Shown here piece after piece: positions 12,890 through 26,100 of a stretch of 64,000 nucleotides of DNA (its first letter is position 1; each line of letters begins with the position of its first letter). Source of the stretch: Psilocybe cubensis. Its lineage: Eukaryota. The translations under genes and the position numbers were made by a program. Location: NCBI GenBank assembly GCA_017499595.2, contig CM038999.1, positions 2,046,001 to 2,110,000 of the forward strand. Direction: 5' to 3'. Under the pieces are notes generated by a model. It was not told where the DNA came from. It ran no database searches and worked only from the letters and a program-made list of their open reading frames with translations.

Positions 12890-14300
12890 ATGTCATTCGA
12901 ATCTGCTGCCAAAGAAGTGCTGTTGAAGCAATTTTTCAGTCCTTCCAACACCAAGCGCAGGCCTCGTTATGTTCTTGTGATTCATGGAGGTGCAGGAACT
13001 ATCACAAGGCAAGGTTCCTCTGATGAACAACAAGCTGCATACAAATTGGCGTTGTCGCAGGCGTTGCTTGCTGTAAGTTTCGCCAACAAATGGTCATCAA
13101 TAGCTGCATTTGTTAAACATTGATGCTCCTACAGGGATACAAACTGTTGAATGAGGGTGCCGATGCCATCGATGCTGTTGTTGCTGCCGTTTCTGTTATG
13201 GAAGGTTGTGCTTGCTATTGAAATTCAATCAAAGCATTAAATTTTCTTGGTAGATGACCCTCTTTTCAATTCAGCAAAAGGTGCAGTATTCAATATCGAA
13301 GGAAAGGTGTGTCTTGTGCACCAACTCGTTCAGATTATCGGGTTTTGATCTTTGAGCTCGCAGATCGAATTGGATGCATCTATAATGGTGTCGAAGCCGC
13401 CATTTTCTCATCCAGAAATTCCAAGCAACCGACGTGGCCTTGGGCTTACCCTCTTGACACGGACAAAGAATCCTTCTCATTTAGTTCGCTCTCTTTATCT
13501 TGCCCCTTCACTAGCACCCCACACACTCTTGTCAGGTGCGACAGCTGAACGCTTAGGTCAAAGCCTGGGTGAAACACTTGTAGACCCATCTTACTTTTTT
13601 ACCGAACATCGATGGAAAGAGCATCGACGTGGTTTGGGTCTTCCAGAGGAACCAGTGCCGCAGCCTGGTATACCTCTGGTTACTGCTCCCCAGACTCCCC
13701 TGGACGCCTACCCTACAGGTACTGTAGGAGCAGTGGCTCTTGATGTACATGGATGCATTGCCTCCCTCACATCTACTGGAGGCAAAACCAACAAGCTGGT
13801 AGGACGTATTGGAGATACGCCTCAGATGGGAAGTGGGTTCTGGGCGGAGGAATGGCCCGAAACCAATATTATTAGACGTCTTTGGAGGAAGTTTCGTGGC
13901 TTAAGCTCTTTGAATCGAGGTGTTGGTGTCTCTGGGACAGGGGATGGTGATGTACGTTCAGTCCATTTTCGTAATAATGTCGCATTACTGACGCCTCTTA
14001 GTATTTTATTAGGAGGTCTGCTGCGGTTACAATTTCTCATAGGGTCCGCTATCTACACGAATCGCTAGAAGAGGCTACAAGGCATGTTGTACATGATTTA
14101 CTTGCCGAGGGTGGCCTAGGGGGGTTCATTGCCCTAGATTTGGATGGAAACGGTTCGTTGCTTATTTAGCCATTCTCTTCCATATTTCTGAACTATAAAT
14201 AGTTTCGATGCCTCTTAACTGTGGAGGAATGTATCGTGGAGTCATTAGGGAAGACGGAATTGCGAAAACAGCTATTTTCGCTGATGAAGACGTTGCATAG
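12890..14300 (+). CDS. Isoaspartyl peptidase / L-asparaginase (Ntn-hydrolase, type 2; multi-exon)
   Basis: LVIHGGAG, ED.PLFNSAKGAVF, ELDASIM, autocleavage motif GTVGAVA, TSTGG..NK..GRIGDTP, SGTGDGD, NCGGMYRG. Confidence 0.92.
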
Positions 14301-14946
14301 AAAGAATCGGGTGATACATAGCCTGACGAACAAATCCTGAGGGTATACCCCTGACGTTCAACAACAGCTCGAAATATAACTCATGTGCTAACTGGGATAT
14401 GTACAATGGAATCACTTTCAAGAACAAGGGCGACACTATTAGCTTCGGTGTTAGTCTTATCACCCGGGCACAACTTCCTCTTGGATTCCATTAACAGGTT
14501 TATGTCCACGTCGTGAACAAAGGATCATCCAGATTCCAGATATAGTGAGTCCGACGGGAAACGTGAAAACGTTGAGATAAATGAGAAATCCATCTTTATG
14601 TCCGTCCCTAACTACTTTACGTAAAGGGTTTGTGTAGTGTTCTCGGAATTTTGAGGGAGGTCGATGCCAAGTCGATGCTATTACTTAGTATCAAGCACAT
14701 GGCTTCATTTGGTTACCACAAGCGCATTTCCATAATAGGCATGTCCCTTTTCTCCCTCACCCCAGGTGTACTTCGAAACAAGCTTACTTCCAAATGACTT
14801 ACAAGGGCCATAAAAACAAGGTGTTTGGACACATCGTACAAATACCCTTGGTATAATGCCTGTCGTTTTTCACTCCTTTCAGCTCCACTCCCTGGGCCAA
14901 AACCTTACAAAGTTGACGTTGTTGTTCTTTGGGAATTGTCATCACT

Positions 14947-16680
14947 ATGAGCACCGTCAACACCGCCTTTTCCGCTCTTTCGTTCATCACATTTATTCTT
15001 GTCTGTATTCCTTTCTCCTGGCATCTTGAAGGTGTGTAAATAATTTCAGTCAAGCTTCTTTTTTGGTTGACTTTTCGATATAGCCTGGAACACTGGAACA
15101 TGCCTGTACATGGCATGGACTGCTCTTGGACTGCTATCTTATTTTATTAACTCAATTATATGGCGAGACAATGCTATTAACTGGGCTCCTGTTTGGTGTG
15201 ATATTAGTAGGAGTCTTTTACAATGTCCCGCATCTGCATACCTAATCACACGTTTAGCATCCAAACTCATCGTCGGAATATCTGTCGCCATTCCTGCTGC
15301 CTCGTTGTGCATCAACCACAGACTTTACTGTATTGCGGCAGTGAGATCCGTCACGAGAACTAAAGCAGAGGTATGTATTTTTAAGTGGCTTAGCCTCGCT
15401 GATATTGAAGATTCGTACAGAGATACAAAGCTATCATGGTCGACTTGGCCATTGGGCTTGGAATTCCTGTCATCGTGATGGTACTCCGTGAGCTTCTCAG
15501 GAATTGATCTTCCGTTCAACCTTATGATGAATATATTGCCAGACTATATTGTGCAGGGCCACCGATTCAATATATTCGAAGAAGTTGGATGTTACCCATT
15601 TACCTACAACACCCCTCCTGCTTATTTCCTTGTGTACATGGTACCGATACCAATTGGGTTGACATCGGGCGCTTATTGCAGTATGTTAATTTTGAATCAC
15701 ATAACGTCTCCTGATTAAGATTGCCATTTTAGTTATGAGCATCATAGCATTTCGAAAGAGACAGACTGAATTCAAGGAAATTCTGTCCTCAAATTCCAAC
15801 TTAAACTCGAATAGGTTTTTCCGATTAATGGCCCTTGCCGGTATTGAGGTCATTTGCTGCATTCCATTGTCAATTACAACCATGGTTTTGAACGCAACAC
15901 GAGGCGTAGTAAACCCATGGATCTCTTGGGAAGACACTCACTGGGGTATGTGTAATGTTTGTTCTTCATCATTTATAGACTTAACGTATGCATATATATG
16001 TCAGGATTTTCGCGTGTTGATCAGATACCAGCTGTCTTATGGCGATCAACGGCCGATTCAAATGTCTCCGTTGAGATGAGCCGTTGGCTTTTGATAGTCT
16101 GCGGATTAGTGTTCTTCGCCTTCTTTGGCTTCGCAGATGAAGCACAGCGACATTATAAACTCGCTATGAACTCCGTCGCAAAACGCGTCGGGTATACAAC
16201 TTTCACAGGGTCTACCAAAATTGGAACAAGAAATACGAGTTCTTCTAGGTATATTGATTTAATCTTACTCAGAGATAGTATCTAATCTGCACGCCCAGTT
16301 TCAAGGAATCTTCAAACATGTCTTCATCACAAGGAGCCGGCCTTCCTGTTTTCATTCGCCAAGAAACTGTCGAAAAACGTGACTCCGTGGACACTTCGTC
16401 GGATTTGACTTCTATGAAAGACAGTGTATTTGCCTCAGAAAAGGACTTTATCACCCAATCAACTCACAGCGCACTCACTAAAAACGATGCCCCACTCAAA
16501 CTTGCTTCGTTTATCGTCACGCCCCCAAACCCACATCACGGTCTTATGGTCATGGATGGGCCCGCCCCGTCTAAGCACATAGATTCATTCCCATCTTCCG
16601 TAACACCTTCAGGGTCCTTCCTGGACCTGTCTGCCACTCAGACTGAAATTCCAGCTTCCGGCAACGATAACAAAGTCTGA
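14947..16680 (+). CDS. STE3: STE3-type pheromone receptor (7TM GPCR, multi-exon)
   Basis: IPFSWHLE/AWNTGTCLYMAW, NSIIW.DN.INWAPVWCDI, PAASLCINHRL, YIVQGHRFNIFEEVGC, RFFRLMALA, PWISWEDTH..FSRV, FFAFFGFADEA. Confidence 0.95.
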
Positions 16681-17060
16681 CCTCTACGTTATACCACCTT
16701 TAAACCACACCTTCACATTGCTTGATTGTTTGAGTTCTCACAACTGTAGCCCAAATCGACTCGATTCAAATCTGTATTTTTACACTTAGCCTATTCATTC
16801 ATTTGTTACTTACGGTATTACAATATTTAAATAATTGATAAAATACATGAATTGATTTAAAGTCAGTAACAATCAGAACAACCATACCTTACGTTCCCTA
16901 ATCGCAAATTGTAGCCAGCTATCGACGTATGGTTTTTGCTGCAAGTGTTCTGTCTTTTCATCAATACTGGCAGAATGAACGGGGTACATATGTGCATTTG
17001 CATTTTAGTGAGCATAAATATCACAATACAGAAACGTAAATTAAAGAATACAGTATAAAT

Positions 17061-18579
17061 TTACTCTGGGGGTTTATTAAGCGCCATTCTCAACCGGTGC
17101 TTAAGAGGACTCTCAGGTGGGTTTCCAATGATAGTTTCTGGGATGTGCGTGGAGCCCTCGGTTTTGGTTGGTACCTGTCGTTCTTGTTCTTGGAATATCA
17201 ACGTCTCACTATCTTCCAATGAAACAGTTTCAACTTCTTCGAATACGACAGCGACCCTTGTCCATCGCCGATAGCGCGTGTACTGGGAATGAAATATTGT
17301 CAGTGAAAAGAGAAATAGGTACCATATTTAAATTTTACCTTTCCCATGCCGCCTCTATTACTCTGTCCTTCCCATTTATTATCGCCATAAACCCACCCGT
17401 CAATGTCTGTTAAGGGTTCCTCCCCTGGAGTGTCTGTTGGATCTTGGGAATCATAATCAACGTCTGTGTTACCCACCAAGCCTTTGTTGGTATCAAAGGT
17501 TGAGGATGAGTTCACGGTTATATTGCTTCCCGGGTCTCGTAGTCGACTAGCAGCCTTCAGCAGACGGCTGCTGTTTGGACTCTCGTCCTTGATGCTGGGT
17601 AGAGGACGTTCAACCCGACTAAGTCCACCCCCAGTTCTACGTACAACGACCCGCCATTCCGGTTCTTCCCACTTCCATGTTGCTGTTCGTTTTAATTTAC
17701 CGCCTTTTTCATCCTCGAGGTAGATGGTAGTGTTCGGGGGGAGGCTGAACGCATTTGGAGGCGACAGTGGATGGTGAGAAGAAGAGCACCAGGACGGGCG
17801 TTCACCTGGAAGCAAGGCAGCAGTCCAATCAAGGCCAACCCACCAACGCTGGTTTTCATATATTGTAAATAGAAAACGCAAGGACTGGACAGGAGTTAAC
17901 GAATCGGTGGATGGTTGAAAAGAGTAGATGCGCTCCGGTAGAGGTTCTCCACTGAGGAAAGCCCAAATTTTGTATAAAGACCACCTGAGCCATGCACTAC
18001 GCCATGCTGTTGCTCTAAGGACTATAGCCCAAGGGGCGCGCCATGTAAGTAGGGTTGTGCCTCCAAGGGCACAAATAACCCTAAACGAGACCAAGAAGGA
18101 TAAAGCGATGTACGGTATATAGAGAATGGCCGCGATGCGAAGGAGTGTTGGGATGGGAATCGATGGAGAGGGAAGGGATGGAAGAAGAGCCTGTATGGTT
18201 GTCAAATCTGAAATGACGGAACGCAGCGCGTGTTCTGAAGTAGGAGGTTTTATTGAGGAAACATTCTTCTGGCGCCATTGGACGTATGCAAAGAAGGAAA
18301 ATATGATGACAGGGAAAAAGCGCCTATGATTGCCTTGCATTCAATATAGACTTAGCACGAAGCGGGGAAGACAACTCACCGCAGGGTTTTGTCAATAAAT
18401 AGGCATACGATCCACCAAGCTGTGAGTGCCAGCCAACTCCGGTACCACGACGTCGACCAACTGAATATTTGGAAGGCGGTCCTGCAGGCTGATATGGAAG
18501 GGCCCAGATGAACCAGCGCCAAAGTCAAGGCGGGGGGTACGTTAGACAAGAAAGCAGAGAGCTCAAAGTCAGAAGCCAT
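17061..18579 (-). CDS. Pex24/Pex30-family integral peroxisomal/ER membrane protein with dysferlin-like domain (multi-exon)
   Basis: Hydrophobic N-terminal half with S.L.L.AWW..CL, followed by YENQRWW.GLDW...LLP.ERP.W, W.W....W.V, DGWVYGDNKW and YTRYRRW.R.A. Confidence 0.85.
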
Positions 18580-18651
18580 GGGTTGTGGACTTGGAGCAAG
18601 TATAAGGAGATGCCAGTTGTGACATTCGCAACAATCACAAGCCTCCGACAA

Positions 18652-19932
18652 ATGTTTTCTCTCTTCACCTTGTTTCTCATTTCAAGACTCTTTTTCTTTG
18701 CGCTTCTGCAGCTCTCCTCTTATCTGCCCCTCTTCGATGCCTCTCCACTTTTACTCTCCGTCGCTTTCCCTTCTAGCCCGCTATTACGGTGGGATACTTT
18801 CCACTTTCTCCACATAGCTTCCAACCAATATCAGTACGAGCACGAATGGGCATTTTTCCCCAGCCTACCCATTATTCTACGCATTCTTGACTCTGCTCTC
18901 CCGGAAACCTTCAAATATCCAAATGTGCTACTCTGGTTGATCCTTTCCGTGCTGTCTTACTCCACAACGCAGATGTTATACGACCTATCTTTGCATCACC
19001 TTCAATCGCCAGAACTCTCTGTTCTGGCTGCCCTGTTGTCTTTGATACCCACCAGTCCAGTAACATTGTTTTTTGCACCCTACAATGAACCATTTTTTAC
19101 CTTTTTTTCGTACCGTGGTAAATAACTTGAATTTCATATGTGTTACATTGGACTTAAGCATTCAATTTAGGAATGATATATTGCGCGCGCCAGAAATGGC
19201 TTTTGGCCTCTATATTCTTTGGTTTGGCAGGAATGTTTAGATCAAATGGAATATTTCTCAGTGGCTTCATTCTTTGGGGTCTTGTGGTACAACCTTTTCT
19301 TGAGGGAGAAACGGTGATTACTCAACCCGTTCAATTGCACGACTTCTGCTGACGGTAAAGCCTACCAGCCTAATTCACGCACACTATTTAACGCCGGAGT
19401 CTTGACATCAATCGTCATATCGCCGTTTGTCCTATATCACGTCACGACGTATTCAGTGTTCTGCAACGGACCAGACCTTGCGCCAGCTTGGTGCTCTCGT
19501 GTGCCTCCTTCTCTCTATACCTACGTCCAAAAGAATTATTGGAACAGCGGATTTTTGCTGTATTGGAAATTGACCCAACTTCCAAATTTTGTACTTGCTG
19601 CGCCAACAATCCTTCTGATTTTTGCCTTTTCCTTTCATCACCTCCGTACCACGTCTTTGAATGATTCAAAAAACATCACATTCCGGCACCCTTTTGGAAA
19701 TCGATGTTTAACTCCCCATGTCGTCCACGCTATCGTTTTTACATTCATACTAGTCTTTGCATCCCACATCCAGATTATTCTTCGTGTTGGAGCATCTATG
19801 CCTGTAATCTACTGGGCGGCCGCTTGGCTCTTATGGGAACACCCTAGATTAGGTCGCATGTGGGTTATTTGGTCTGTTTTATGGGGCATTATTTCCACTA
19901 TACTTTGGGCAGCCTTTCTACCACCAGCTTAA
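18652..19932 (+). CDS. GPI18: GPI mannosyltransferase 2 (PIG-V/Gpi18; multi-exon; alternative ATG at 18610)
   Basis: LLRWD.FHFLHIA...Y.YEHEWAFFP, APYNEPFF, RSNG, Y.YVQ..YWN.GFL.YW...Q.PNF.LA.P, HIQII.R, C-terminal FLPPA. Confidence 0.92.
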
Positions 19933-20172
19933 TGATCAAGGTATTGGGTTCACCGGTGTAAATTCAAGTAATTACTGTACACAGTGAAATATTGGGTTGT
20001 TTACAGAAAGGTTGTAAGTAAGAAAAGCATCAGCTTATTCGACAAAATTCATTAAGAAGCCGTAAATAACAAATGAGAATCGTAGAAAATGTCTCTGTTG
20101 TCCAAAACCTATACTTGCAACAACTAATCTTATGCAACCATTGACTGGGTACTGTATCGTGAATTGTCGCGG

Positions 20173-23100
20173 TCACGATGCAGCTGTTATTTTAGCAGCA
20201 AATGCATGCGTCGAACCTGGGTCGACAACAGGACCGTCCGAGGAAGCAATGACTGAACTCGCAGTAGCCTTAACCAGTGTCGCTTCGGTGCTACTTTCAG
20301 GAGTGGGGATAGTTCTAGTGGCTTTGTCCATAGTTCCCTCATTGGACGTAGCACCTGTAACTTTTCCACCCGATGTTGAAGAGAGGGCAGACGACTCTGG
20401 CGAAATGGTAGAAGATTTGGTATCGGAGGCGGATGCGCTAGCAGACTGGGCGATTTGTTTGGCTTTGGCTGGTGAGACCAAGTCATCGCCAAATCCCAAA
20501 TTGTACTGTGTGGGTACACCAGTCTGTTGCAGCTTGAGGAATGGGATCTGATAACCACCTGGTCCGACCGTGATTGTGGCCGCGGCTGCTACATCCAATT
20601 CAAGGAGAGGAACTATGGCCAAAGAGTTGAGCAACCCTTGAGTCAACAGGACACCACCAAACGTTCCTGAATCAGCGGTTCCGCCAGGTGGGACAACAAA
20701 GTTGTCGAACCCTTGACTGAATATCGCAAACACCTCACCGTCAACACCGGCATCGGATTGAACGAAATCTAAAGTGATTTCCACGTCCAGAGGGTTATGA
20801 ATCTGTAATGATCTTTAACAATGGTGACCAATAATATCAATGAATGGCTGACCGTAAAGTCGACATCTACAAACACTGGCTGGTCTGGAGGAAGATCGAG
20901 ATCATTCAAATCGATGGTAACAACTATATTCGTGATAAATGTGGGCTGGTTGAGACCTATGAAACTTATAGGTACCATCGTTTCCAAAGCAAATTAAGAC
21001 GCCTTACCAGTTAACTGTGTGCTGAGCTGAAGGCCGGACAGAGCAGGTGACAGCGAAGCGAATGGTGAGCTATTGGCATCACCGTGAATAGTCAATCCGA
21101 TCGTGTCTCCCGTTTGCAGGAATTCCGATAAGAACGCCTAAAGCAAATCAGGACGCGGCTTTCCCTTAAAGTATAAATGGTCGCACCTGAGCAATTGTAT
21201 CATTGGAATTAGCTGGTTGATAGTGGAATTCGGTGTTCACAACGTTTGTGCCAGGTACGAGATTAAATTCCTGTAGAAATGAGGCTTTTGTATTAGCAAT
21301 AAGTTGGATGATGCAACGTACATCAATAACAGCACGGCCAATGGTAACTCCGCTGAAAATCACGGGAAGAGATACTCCAATAGTATCTAATGATATTTGG
21401 GAAGGATTCTGAAGTGTGGTTGTCAAAGGGGCAACAATAAATTGATTTCCGCCGTCGCCTCCGCTGCCAGTGATGGTAACATTGCTTAAGGCGGCCATTC
21501 CTCCGAACGATGCAATTCCTGCCAATAATCTCAGTCTTTAAGTGATATATAACGCAAATAGATATACCTTTCAGGTCTGACACAACATTTAGAGGAATCC
21601 CTGTAATAGGAATATTTCCAATTGTTGTTCTGGCCGTCACATCGGCAGTCCCAGTGACCTCGATTTCAACATCAGGTTTGAGAGTCACTTCAGAAAGAAG
21701 ACTAGCAAATCCAGTTGGGTCAAGTGATTCTAAGGGTATATCAATGAAGGAGATATTTAAATCAGCAATGTTCCCAGTTGATACACCGCCATCGGCAGGA
21801 GCTTGAGGGATCACAAGCTTTAAAGTAATTTTAATATATATATATACTATTGATTTACAGAAGAAACGCACCTGTGCAACTTGTTGTCCTCCGGTACCCA
21901 GAATGATTGTTTGAGCTGCTTCTATGACTTGTAATGAAAAACCAAATGGGTTCTTGTAATGAGCTACTGTATGCAGTGAGCTGGTTGGTGGCGCGAACGC
22001 CTGGTCTGCTGTCTTCATCGTGACTTCAAGATCATTGAGATCTATTGCTTGGATGACCTACTCTCGAAAAATCAGTTGGCATATGACACTCATGCTAACA
22101 ATATACAGACCTCCAGTTTTTCTCCTGGAAGAATCACATCAAGTGTCAGTGTCTTAAATGCAGTACTTAGCCAATCGATAGGGACATTTGATCCCCCGGC
22201 GAGCACTGAATCTCCTGTGGTCTGAAGCGTGACGTTTTGTCCGTTTAAGAATTGCGAAAACAGTTTGCCCATAACTGCGAGATCATTGTCGCTTTGAGGA
22301 ACGATGCGGCCAGAAAGGTGAGTTGTTGCCCCAGAGTTTGCTTTGAGAATGAGATTGGTGGCAGAAAGTGCTGTTCAAAAAGTCATAAACTGAATGTCAC
22401 GAAGGTGCAGTTTAGTTTACTTACGGCCAACAAACGTTCCATCGAAGAAGGACTGAAAAGACACCGTACCAAGGTCAATTCCCAACTCTGCAATTAATAT
22501 ATATCAGTCACACTAGCGATGGGGTGGGAATACTTGCACTTACGTGCTTGCGACGGTATAGTGGCGTCCGTTTCGATATGAATTCCACCAACCGGATCAT
22601 CTGATGGGAGTTGGAAGTTACTGATAGTCACACCTGGCAGACCATTGAAGGCCTTAAATGTAACAATTTTTGAAAGTGAAACGTTCTCAAAAATTGTTCC
22701 AAGAGCATTGACTCGGAGTTTAGGGGTTGATATTGTCCAATCGAAGCTTGGGTTGTGAAGCAAGAAAACGGCGAATTCAGTGAATCTAACAGGCGGAGTA
22801 ATACCTGTCAGCATATACAGGAAAATAATAAAGGTACAGGCATACGCAGCATTGTCTGTGATCGTTAGTCTTGCACTCGACTGATAATCCGGCACTCCAA
22901 CATTTGCAGCAGCGCATACTACATACACCACATTTAGAATATAAGTTTCAAGAAAAATAACCGTTAAAACACGTACTAGGGGGCAGAGTGATAGTAGCTA
23001 TATCTTTGCCTTGAAAATTGACACTGCAGACTTAATTAGTGAGCAGTTCAACCAACGACAAGACACATGTACTTTAATGGTTCAGTAAACGTAATTAGAG

Positions 23101-26100
23101 CATCCAGAGGCCCGATGTTGGTAAGCGAGCCCTTAAGTGCCAAATCAAAGCCGTTGTTAGATAAGTTTCTGTCATGAAAATGGTTGATCGATAAAATTCG
23201 ATAGATAAAATGGTGAGTAACATACGTAATGTCAGCCTCTGTGAATGCCAAAACCGAGCCATCCACTAGATGCTGAGTGATAGGACCAGCAACTGCTCCG
23301 ATCAAAAACAAAGCTGTCTTGTCGGTCTGTTTTTTACACATGAGTGAAAAGTGCATGAGTAACAAGGTAAAGATGTACCAATGCAGGCACGGCAGATTGA
23401 ACGAATGACAAATCCGTCAGGACTTCGTATACACGAATAAGCCAATTGCGTACTCCCGGTAGATATAAAGAAGCTCACAATCATCTAGTTTAATCGATGA
23501 ATCGATATTGAGGTCCACTTTGAGTTCAGCTAAAGACTGCAGAATGGCCGTGTCGGCATCAAATTGATGTCCGCTGACATACGATTTCCTTCAACATTAC
23601 AAATAGACGTGAATGAGTGCAAATCACCTAACACAAGTCGCTGAATTAGTGTCCACGGTAGTCGTGACCTTCCAAACAAGATATTGGCATGAGTTGCATT
23701 GAATTTTGAAACTTTAAACTTGAACATACTGGTGGTCTGAAATCTGGATTACTCAGCACAAATTGGAACAGTTGCACAAGAGGTCCAAGGTCGACATTAC
23801 TCTGCTGCGAGGTTGCCAAAAGTAATTGGATAATCGAGGATGGATCGAGGTTAAAATTGAAAGGAAGCACAGGCGAAGACACATCGCCATGTCCTGGGGC
23901 GCTGATAGGGTGCGGAGATGTGTCAGTTGTTGGTATCGTCCCGAGCGTCAAACCATGGAAGGTGGCTGTAGCGCCAAGTCTCAGGATGTTTACACTGGCA
24001 GTGAACGGATTGGACAGGGAAAATGATGTCGAGGCCACTCCAGTGCTGACGACATCGATTGGGAAGGTCAAGGAAGCCGACGTGATCAGATTCTGATGTA
24101 ACCCAGGAATTGTCACAGGGGACAAATGAATTTGAGACAGGGCTAACTGCAGAGATTCAATTGGCGTCGAAGAAGTCGATCCTCCAATGGCGGTAACCGC
24201 ATCAATCCCTTGAATGAAATTCTGGAGCAAAGCTTGGCCGGCTTCAAGTGCCTCTCCTTGCGGTGCATAATGAACAGCTATGTTAAAGATCAGATTAAGT
24301 ATCAGAGACATTCACAATTAGGGAATACCGATAGGGTAGCTATTGTTTCCGGGTAAGATGACGAGGTTGCTCTAAATCATGATTAAACGGCTCGGAAATA
24401 ACATCGAATGATCAACTCACTAAGTCGGCGGTTCCGATATTTTGATCCCTAAAGCATGAAAGCTTGATTTAACAAAAACCCAATATGAAGCCACGATACC
24501 ACTCACTGAAATTGCAGAGAGAAAGATACATCTCCAGTGCCTGCCATCTAGTGAATACATGAGGGGTCATCGACAAGTATTTATGGGCGCACCAATCGTA
24601 AGATTGCTTAGTGAAACCAGTGAGCAAGGGCCGAGCAAGGGCTGAAAATAGTACGCAAAATTGTCTCACCTTGGATTAAACAAGGCACTGTCGACGTTAA
24701 TCAAAAGGAAATCGGAAAATCCGTGATTGACATCTAAATTACTGACGGTGACAGGCCTGGCATTTAAGCCCTGTAGACCCGCAATGGTAGAGTCTACAGC
24801 AAAATCGATGCCACTCAAGGACAATAGGCCAACAGCCGTTTTCGCGTCGGCGTTAGCAGATCCAGAAAGTCTGAGCGTTTCCTCAGACCCTATTGTAGTA
24901 GCGGCCAAAAACTTCTCGAAAATATTATGGCCGTTATCGAACACGGAGAATGGAACTTTCTCGAAGTTGATGTGTATGATTCGAGGCCCAATGTCAGTCT
25001 GGCTTGGACCTTTCGGGATCACAAGTTGGGCAAAATCAGATCCCTCAAATCCCAGTGTGATCGTTTGTTCTAACGCGGTAATGTCCAGAGGGAAACCGAA
25101 GGGCAGCGTGAATGCAGCATCGGTTGATTTACTGCTGGTGATTGGACCAAATGGTGCCTGTCTCGAGAATGATAAAGAGAGCTCGTTAAGGGAGATCGAC
25201 TTGATAATCGTTTGAGGTCCTTGATTGGGAAGAACAGTGGCCACCTGAAGGACTTTGATCCCCTCGTTCAGCCAGGTTACCTTGGAAATGATATCAAATT
25301 AGTAAGATGTAAATACATATGTCATATGGACATACGTCAGGAGAGCCTGCACTGGCGCCATGTACTACGACATCGCTGTTCTTGCCATGAACGAAGTTGT
25401 TGAAAACGTTGGAAATCGTTAAAAGTCCTTCGTCGCTTCCCTGCGGTAATAGACGCCCCACAAGCGATAGCTGCGAGGTTGCACCAGGCGCCAAGGTTAC
25501 AGGACCAGCGGCCACAGAAGCAATGTTGATATTCCCAATAAACGTATCAAATCCCAATGAACTCAGTTGAATGCCTACTTGTGACGGCTATTCATTACCT
25601 TGTCAGTATATTTATTGGTTGAGGCTAACAGACTACGTACATTGGAGGCTGTTGCTTGAATGGTGAGGTGAATTCCACCCGACGGATCGTCAAATGGCAG
25701 ATCAAATGATTGGATCTGGACTCCGTCCTTTAATCCATCGAAGCCTTTCAGAGTGACCGTTCTGGATGAGAATGAAATATCAGGCACAGATATGCCTAGG
25801 TTGAAAGTCAATTCTCTTTCTACTCTTCACAGATGCTTGAAACTAACCCAAGGCGCGCACTATGAAGTCGAGTGAGCAAACAGTATTTAAAATGACTAAC
25901 AACTGACCTGTCAAATTATCTCCAGAAATTTCCCAGTCAAAAGACTCGGTGGTAAGTAGTGCCTACCGGAGGACGTCAATTCATCTATAAGAAAAGTATA
26001 TGCCCAGCAAACCTTCGTAAAATCGGTCAAATGATCCACGTCTACAACAGTGAATGTCGTTTCGGTATCAATGATACCCCCAACATCACCTGTAACTGTG

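Noticed and set aside
12723-12926. Short ORF starting MD and ending KKCC, considered as a pheromone precursor
   Set aside because: The start is not ATG, the end is not CaaX, and it overlaps the asparaginase start.
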